A DNA stretch of 64,000 nucleotides from Eledone cirrhosa (taxonomy: Eukaryota): positions 342,426,001-342,490,000 of the forward strand of contig OZ024741.1 of assembly GCA_964016885.1 (NCBI GenBank). Reading direction: 5' to 3'. A program made the translations under genes and the position numbers. A model generated the notes under the pieces. The model had not been told where the DNA came from. It saw nothing but the letters and a program-made list of their open reading frames with translations, and ran no database searches. This document shows, one piece after another, positions 50,657 to 64,000 of the stretch (positions are counted from its first letter, which is position 1; each line of letters opens with the position of its first letter).

Positions 50657-52548
50657 TTAATTAGGTTTATAATATTTAAAGGTTTTTCTCAGTTTATGAT
50701 TACACGATATTATTAATTCCTGTCGCTTATTTAATAGGATATCCTTAGATTTCATTATTTCAAAAAGTTCCTGGGAACATAATCTACATTCATATCTACT
50801 ATTTTGATAAGGGGTGGCCCTTTTGAGCACACTCCAGGTCAGGTCATAATCTATATTCCTCTTTCTATAACTATTAATTATTTCAGCTAGAGATGTTGTA
50901 TTAGCTAGTGCGGCATTTTTAAAACTATGTTTGTGGGTATTAAATCTTACCTTAAATTTGTTAGAGGTAGCTCCTATATATGAATAAATTGAGTCCTTAG
51001 TGTTAACTTTACATTTATATACTATGTTATTAACAAGGCAATTTCCTTTTAATGGACAGTTTGCCTTGTTTCTACAGTTACAACTTTTCGTGAATCCTGT
51101 ATCTGAGGAGATATTATGGTTAGTTTGATGTACTGGTGGTATACTCATAGTTTTTTTTACATTTATATGGATTATAGGCACTTATATTTTGTTTTATGTT
51201 TTTGGTTGTTGAGTAGGAGAATTTAACCGTTGATTTATTTAAAATTTGATGGTATTTGTGGTTTGGCGGGAAGTTTTTCTCTAGGATATTAAAGAATTTT
51301 TTAGGTATATTATCCTTAATTTGTAAATTAAATGGAGCATTGTACCAAGTAACTCGTCTTTTACGGTTTCGATGTTGTTTATTGTTTTTATAGGGTGCAT
51401 CCTGATGTTTATTAAGAGAATTATTGTTAATGACCACACCACACACATTTTTAGTTAGATTTATTGATTTAGATGTTTTAGCTTGTTTATTAGGAGTTTT
51501 ATTATTAACATTTATTAGAGTTGTAGGATGAGTAGTTTTTTGAGAGTTACTATACTGTATATTAGAAGAGTTAGAGAAATTTGGTTTTATGTTGGTGTTT
51601 TGGGGTATAGTGTGAGTGGCATTTAGGTGTGTATGTTTCATTTGGTGTTTGTTGGTAATATTAGGTTGTAAGTTTGTAGTGTTATTGGTAGAAGGTATAT
51701 ATACTAATCTATTTTTGTGGCCACTTCTCACTAGAGCTTCATTATAAAAGGTCGCATTTTTATCAAATACATCTTGCTTAGACGAAAGGTTAGAAATTCT
51801 AAGTGATATATTATATGCAAGGTTTTTAAGGATAGATTTAGGGTGATTAGATTGTGAGTGTATGTAGTGTACATTTTGGTTGGGTTTATGGTAAGGTTGG
51901 TAGATACCCGTAGATAAGTCTAATGTTATATCTAGGAAATTAACTACTTTACTTGTGTTTTCAAATGTAATATCTAGACTATAATAGTCTTTAAGGAAAG
52001 TTCTAATAAGCTTTTTATTTTTTTCTATCTCTGAGAGGCTAAGGTTATTGGAAAGAAGAAGACAGTCGTCACGATATAAACCACCTTTAAGGTGGGGAAA
52101 GGAAGCATTTATGTTAAAAAGAAGAAAGAGGCCCACAAGATCAGTAATTTGGGCAGAATCGCTTGAGCCCATAGTAATATCGAATAGATTACTATATGTG
52201 TTTCTGGTCCAGTATTCATTCTGAAATTCCAATAGTGTTAGTCTAGCATGTGTAATAATATTAATGTCATCCAAAGTTAAGTTAGATCTATTTTTAGCAA
52301 ATATCAAGGCTTTGTTCAGGAGTATAGGTGATATAGAAGAATAATAATTATCTATATCAAATTGTAGAAAAGAAGCAGAGGATTTATTTCTAATATTATT
52401 AAACCAGTTAATTACCTGGGATGTGTTTTCCCAGAGTGGTAAATTAACATGTTTTCTTAGTTGTGGGATGACTCTATCTAAAAATTTTTTTACTAATTAT
52501 TCCAATATCAGATTTGGAAGGGCATATAAGCCTTATAGAAGGATTAGA
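50657..52548 (-). pseudogene. PLE RT + GIY-YIG endonuclease (frameshift near 51150, N-terminus missing)
   Basis: ITMGSSDSAQITDLVG, LYRDD, NFLDITLDL, YIHSQSNHP; CNC..CPLKGNC, IVY..YIG, CRLC, LLNKRQE..CNH. Confidence 0.9.
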
Positions 52549-53189
52549 GTTAAAAATGCCGCACTAGCTAATACAACATCTCTAGCTGAAATAATTAATA
52601 GTTATAGAAAGAGGAATATAGATTATGACCTGACCTGGAGTGTGCTCAAAAGGGCCACCCCTTATCAAAATAGTAGATATGAATGTAGATTATGTTCCCA
52701 GGAACTTTTTGAAATAATGAAATCTAAGGATATCCTATTAAATAAGCGACAGGAATTATTAATATCGTGTAATCATAAACTGAGAAAAACCTTTAAATAT
52801 TATAAACCTAATTAATATACATTTTAGAAATTAATATATAAACTGTTTTTAATTTAGTTAACCTATAATTAATATTCTACTACTGATGAACTACATAATT
52901 TTGCTTTCCTTCTTACAACTATCATTTCCTAAAACTGATACCATTAAGTAAACATATATAATGCTTTAACTTCAGGTTATGACTCTATGTTCCTTGAAAT
53001 CTATATATATTTATTATTTCTCACTAATAATTTTAATCCCCCCCCCCAATAATTATATGTATATGTAAATGTGTATGTGTGTGTATATATATATATATGT
53101 ATGTATATTTGCATGTATATATATATATATATATATGTGTATATATGTATATATGTGTGTATGTGTGTGTGTGTGTATGTGTATATATG

Positions 53190-53226
<37 letters not shown>

Positions 53227-53862
53227 TATTTTTATATTCTTTTAATTCCCCTCATCTTTAACAGCACTTTTCAACTGCATCTAACTCTTATTTATCATAT
53301 CTATATGTATTAGTATAATTTTATCAATATAAATATACCCATCAATTAAATTAATTTATATTCTTTTCATAGATGTATTTTTTTTCACTAACACTCTTAT
53401 CGTAAAACTTTAGTCTCCTTAGATATTTGCATTGGAATTACTATTTTATAACAACAACTGCTTGTATACCTTTTACTGACCACCTGACCTATTTTCACCC
53501 CTAAAATAAATTTCAATTACTACTATTTTACCATTTGGCCAATTATTAACTTTCTATTGGTTAATTCTAAACCTCTTACCAAACAGACAGAATATATTAG
53601 ATCTCTGTTGGTTTTATTCAATGAACAAATAAATTTATTTCTGAGGTCAGCATACGACCTATTTTCTTCCCTAAAATAATCCTTCATTCATAATATTCTT
53701 TTCCATCCAAAACTGAATTCTACCTTCCTCTACCCATAATTTAAGATTCTTCTACTACTTTATTACTATCTTGACCCTTACTATCTCTCTATTGGTCAAT
53801 TCAAAACCTGTTCCCAAACAGACCTATTGTATTGAATCTTTGTTTTTTTCAATAAACAAATA

Positions 53863-54004
53863 TCATTATTTCTGAAGACAGCATATATATGTGTAGGTAT
53901 GTATATTCCCTCTGATAGTTTGTATAAATATTGTACATAGATCTATAGAATATGCATACCAACTCTAACACATATATATCCTAGAAACGATCGTAAAATG
54001 ATGA
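53863..54004 (+). ncRNA. Type I hammerhead with 105-nt stem II domain in the inverted PLE terminus
   Basis: TCATTATTT/AAATGATGA stem I; CTGAAGA; ATATATATGTG..CACATATATAT stem II; GAAA; ACGATCGT stem III; GUA site. Confidence 0.78.
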
Positions 54005-54054
54005 ATTTCTTTTAATATAAGGAACTGTTTCTTTGTATATTGTTTGTTTTATTA

Positions 54055-54123
<69 letters not shown>

Positions 54124-54477
54124 TGATAAGATGAACAGTGTGGAGGTAGCGAAATAGAGAGGGACACAGGGGGTGGAAGCAATAGAGTAGGAGAGAGGGA
54201 AAGATATATATATATATATATATACAGAGAGAGAGAAGGACAGAGAGAGAGAGAGAGGGTTAATATTCCAAAAAGAAAGAGAAGACAGGTGACATGAATA
54301 TAATGACATAACCATATATATATACAGGCAAATATATACCATACACACACACACACTTATATACACACACATGCATATATATATGCATGTGTGTGTGTAT
54401 ATAAGTGTATATATATATATATATATGGACTATATATATATATATGTGGACTACCTATAACAATAATTTGTTACCCC

Positions 54478-54510
<33 letters not shown>

Positions 54511-54512
<2 letters not shown>

Positions 54513-54685
54513 TGAGATCCTACAGGACTAGAACTGTTTCAGGAATCTGAGATTCCTGATGATTTCTAAAGAATGAAACAGTTCTAGTCCTGTAGAATCT
54601 CATCTATATTAAAACTTTTATACTCTGCTATGTATTGAGTACCTTACTTACTGTGGTTACCTCCGATTCAACCCAGAATAACTTA

Positions 54686-54690
<5 letters not shown>
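54511..54690. mobile_element. Short fold-back element between (TA)n tracts
   Basis: Left arm 54511-54548 mirrors the ribozyme minus stem II; the tail matches the reverse complement of 45500-45545. Confidence 0.78.
54548..54602 (+). ncRNA. Compact type I hammerhead ribozyme
   Basis: TGAGATTC/GAATCTCA stem I; CTGATGA; TTC/GAA stem II; GAAA; ACAG/CTGT stem III; GUA site. Confidence 0.82.
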
Positions 54691-54734
<44 letters not shown>

Positions 54735-54771
54735 AAAAGTGTAGAAATTATTATGAGCAAGAAGCACACAC

Positions 54772-54953
<182 letters not shown>

Positions 54954-55316
54954 TGTGTGATAATGATATAGGGTGAGAATTGTGGTGATAGAGAAGGAGA
55001 GAAAGACATGGTGGCTAGGTTAGTTGAACTTGTCTATACCAAGCAATTCAATGACGTCATTGTTACTGTTCAAATTTTAGGCACCTACCTTGTGTACGCA
55101 CATTAATACATTTCGTTCGCACACGCCCACACACACTCGTGCGGAGACACATACTCATTCATATCTGTATGTATATATATATATATATATATATATGAGT
55201 GTGTGTTTGTATGTATATATATATACATATATATATGAGTGTGTCTGTATGTATGTGTATATATATATATATACATATAGTCACACACTCATATATATTT
55301 ATATATATATATGCAC

Positions 55317-55364
<48 letters not shown>

Positions 55365-55449
55365 AAGTCGTCAAGTATGAAATTTGTAGGGAGGCATATG
55401 GTCATATGTTCATTTTCTACAAATTTCATACTTGACCAATATTTATGTC

Positions 55450-55480
<31 letters not shown>

Positions 55481-55802
55481 CTGTGTCCATAGTTATATAT
55501 ATATATATAAAACCATGCACAAAGACACACACACATACAGACACAAACATACATACATACACAGTCACATACACTGACATACACAGACAGACATACACAC
55601 ATACACACTGTCATACACTGACAAACACAGCCATAGACATGCACAGACACACACAATCATGCACTCACATACACAGGCATACCAATACACAGAGGCACAA
55701 ACACACACACACACACACACACGCACGAACGCACTCATCTAAACAGACATATAAACACACACATATATTAACTCTGTTTCTTCCTGTACGTAGATATGAC
55801 TA

Positions 55803-55988
55803 CAGTGGAATTCCGTTATAACGAAATGAACGCGGTATAAGAAAATTCGTTATAACAAAATTTCTTTATAACGAGATCGACCGAAACAAATCGAGCGTTT
55901 GTTTGTTATTACCTCGGAGTTTGAAAAAAATGTCGTTATACCGAAAAAATTCGTTATAATGGTATTCGTTATAACGGAACTTTACCTG
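55803..55988. mobile_element. Pogo/Tigger-like MITE
   Basis: TIR CAGTGGAATTCCGTTATAACGAA / TTCGTTATAACGGAACTTTACCTG, TA flanks, internal CGTTATAA repeats. Confidence 0.75.
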
Positions 55989-56099
55989 TAGTAAATACAA
56001 GAGTTAAAAAATAAGTACTGGGGTTGAAAAAATAGAGAAGTGCTCCAGTATGGCCTCAGTCTAATGAATGAAACTGGTAAACACATTCATAGTAAACGA

Positions 56100-56500
56100 G
56101 GTGTGTCAGACAAGAAAAAAACACGCTTGGGGGCGCAAATAGAAAAACAAACCATCTTCGTACACATCTTCGGTGATAAGCTTCCAAACATTGCCGCAAT
56201 TGATGCCCAGATCACTTGCGATCAGTCGAACAGTCAGCTGATGATCACCACGCACCACATAGCTCACGCGCTCAACGATGGCCTCAGTCTTACTCGTTGA
56301 AGGCCTTCCGCTCATGGGGTCGTCTTCCACGTCCTCGCGTCCCACTTTGAACATTCTTTGCCCCTCGAAAACCTGTGTGCACGACATCATCTCATCTTTG
56401 TATACTTCCTGCAGTATTCGGTGTGCTCCTGACGGAGTTTTCTCCAGTTGGACCAGAAATTTCAGGTTGGTTCGTTGCTATAAGCCCATCGCTCGAGAGC
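56100..56500 (-). pseudogene. Mariner transposase N-terminal (HTH) remnant
   Basis: QRTNLKFLV..FKVGREDVEDDPMSGRPSTS..LTVRLIASDLGI resembles the mariner DNA-binding region. Confidence 0.8.
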
Positions 56501-56642
56501 CTAAAATTGATGAACTGTTATCATCAGCAAGCATCTTGTATATGTAGTCGAAATTACAAGGGTCTTCACCCTATTATATAACATTCTTTGCGCATGAGCA
56601 GTCGAATGACTAAAACCAGCAAAAGAATATAAGTATAAGCAC

Positions 56643-62626
<5,984 letters not shown>

Positions 62627-62678
62627 CCCCCTTTGTATTTGTCCCCTTCTTTTGTGCCCCTGTGGCTAATAAAGAAAC
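62627..62678 (+). mobile_element. ~50-bp Tx1 3'-end insertion (copy F)
   Basis: CCCCCTTTGTATTTGTCCC..AATAAAGAAA matches the 3' end of copy B; ATCT repeats both sides. Confidence 0.8.
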
Positions 62679-62689
62679 ATATCTATCTA

Positions 62690-63156
62690 ATCGTCTGAGA
62701 TAGAGGAAGTCGTGCTAGTCTCGCTGGAAAGTTTTTGTCTTTTTGCTTATAAAAAACAAAAATTTTTGTTTAAAAAAATATACCATTGTATAGATTGGTC
62801 CCCAGTCAGAATTGTCAGCGGGTGGGTCATTGAAATGTTCGCCCCTCCCCTTCAGGGACGAAAATTTAATTAAAAAAAATATATAAGAGATTGTTTAAAT
62901 AGCCATGAACGATAGAATTGAAACGTTTCCCGCCACCAGTGGAAATGGAAGCGTTGAAATGAATATAAACAATTCAACTACTGTCACTATGACAGCAAGT
63001 AGTGGTGACCGAGAAAAATCGCATGAAAAAAAAAGTATGGAAACACAAACGACGCAAACAATATTGAACAAGGTAAAAACACAACTTCACAAATGAACTC
63101 CATAACCACAAATCAAGCAATTGAGAACAACAAAAACAACAACAACGACAACAACG

Positions 63157-63197
<41 letters not shown>

Positions 63198-64000
63198 AAC
63201 AACAGCAACCATAAAAATATTTTGCTACAATAAGCAAAGAAAGTTTTATAAATATTGACATTTCCAATGCAAAGGAAATGATAAGTTATTTAAAAAAATA
63301 TGTTACCTTCGAAGAAAAAGGGGGATTTAAAATCATCTCTCCACCACAAATCAAAGCCGACACAATGCGAAGGACTGTGATTTTTCGCACGATTTCAAAC
63401 ATCAAAAAAAAAAAAACCGCCATTCCTTACTCAAGGCGAGATTGAAATCGTCTTGACAGAGGCAATGCCGCACATTCATTTCATACAAAGGGCTAAACTA
63501 TATGGAAGCATTTCGGTGCTCTTCAAAAGTGAGGCCCTTGCGCAAAAATACTCAGTGACCCCAGTCACCTCTGCCACACACACCTTTTTCCTTACATACA
63601 TGGGAAAAAGGACACAGAAAATAAACATTTCCAACATACCACCCAAAATTAACATCTGGTGGATTCTGGCAGGGTTCTTGGAGGAGGATGAAGACACAAT
63701 ACTGTCGATTCAATAATCCACAAGAAACACCTGGAACGGCACAAGCTTGGAAATTTTGGTCCAAATGAAACCAGACAGAATTTCAAAGATACTAGAAAGG
63801 GTGCCAGTAGACAATACCAATTACATCCACATTTAGGCAGATGTAGGGAGGCCACATTGTTTTAAATGCGCAAGCACAGCGCATTTAAAGGCCTCCTGTC
63901 CCCTCTTACGAACAAACACCAACAAAAAAAAAACAACTTTTACCAACACCAACACCAACACCAAAACCACCACCACCACCACAACAACAACACACAAAAC
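62690..64000 (+). mobile_element. 5' part of another Tx1 (copy G): 5'UTR + disrupted ORF1, runs off window
   Basis: Conserved 5'UTR motif; LYGSISVLFKSE..TYMGKRTQK..INIWWILAGF; knuckle CFKCASTAHLKASC. Confidence 0.88.

Larger units (their letters stand above)
49267..54059 (-). mobile_element. Penelope-like retroelement, 5'-truncated, with ~1.5 kb inverted terminal copy
   Basis: RT + GIY-YIG on the - strand; 49401-50922 inverted at 52550-54059; (TA)n flanks. Confidence 0.92.

Noticed and set aside
50657-52548. Selenocysteine recoding as reported for some Naiad PLEs
   Set aside because: No in-frame TGA at the conserved Cys positions and no SECIS I can identify
54355-54408. Short palindrome of TA/CA repeats, and a small hairpin at ~55370-55437
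   Set aside because: Low complexity or too short, with no ribozyme boxes

Overview
Eukaryotic, AT-rich, almost entirely repetitive DNA. I can support no host protein-coding gene, rRNA, tRNA or CRISPR array. The dense (TA)n/(CA)n/(TATG)n/(ATCT)n tracts and tRNA-derived SINEs suggest a large invertebrate genome, plausibly an octopus (inference only). Contents: (1) a 7.5 kb GT-rich minisatellite with a 24-bp unit; (2) at least seven copies or fragments of Tx1/L1-clade LINEs (APE endonuclease, RT, C-terminal Zn finger), two with open ~1140-aa ORF2s, most inserted into and ending in (ATCT)n and one in (ATT)n; (3) two recognisable Penelope-like elements (PLEs; GIY-YIG in both, RT in one) with long inverted termini, plus about ten shorter fold-back elements beside (TA)n tracts. 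Most of these carry a complete or truncated type I hammerhead ribozyme, with atypical features: U3-A8 compensatory cores, U.U at the base of stem II, 57-105 nt stem II insertions and palindromic stem III; (4) a short RTE-like element with a candidate degenerate HDV-like ribozyme, CRE-like and mariner remnants, MITEs and several SINE families. The strongest signals are the diverse hammerhead-bearing fold-back elements and the apparently (ATCT)n-specific Tx1 family. All structures were folded by eye and no searches were run.
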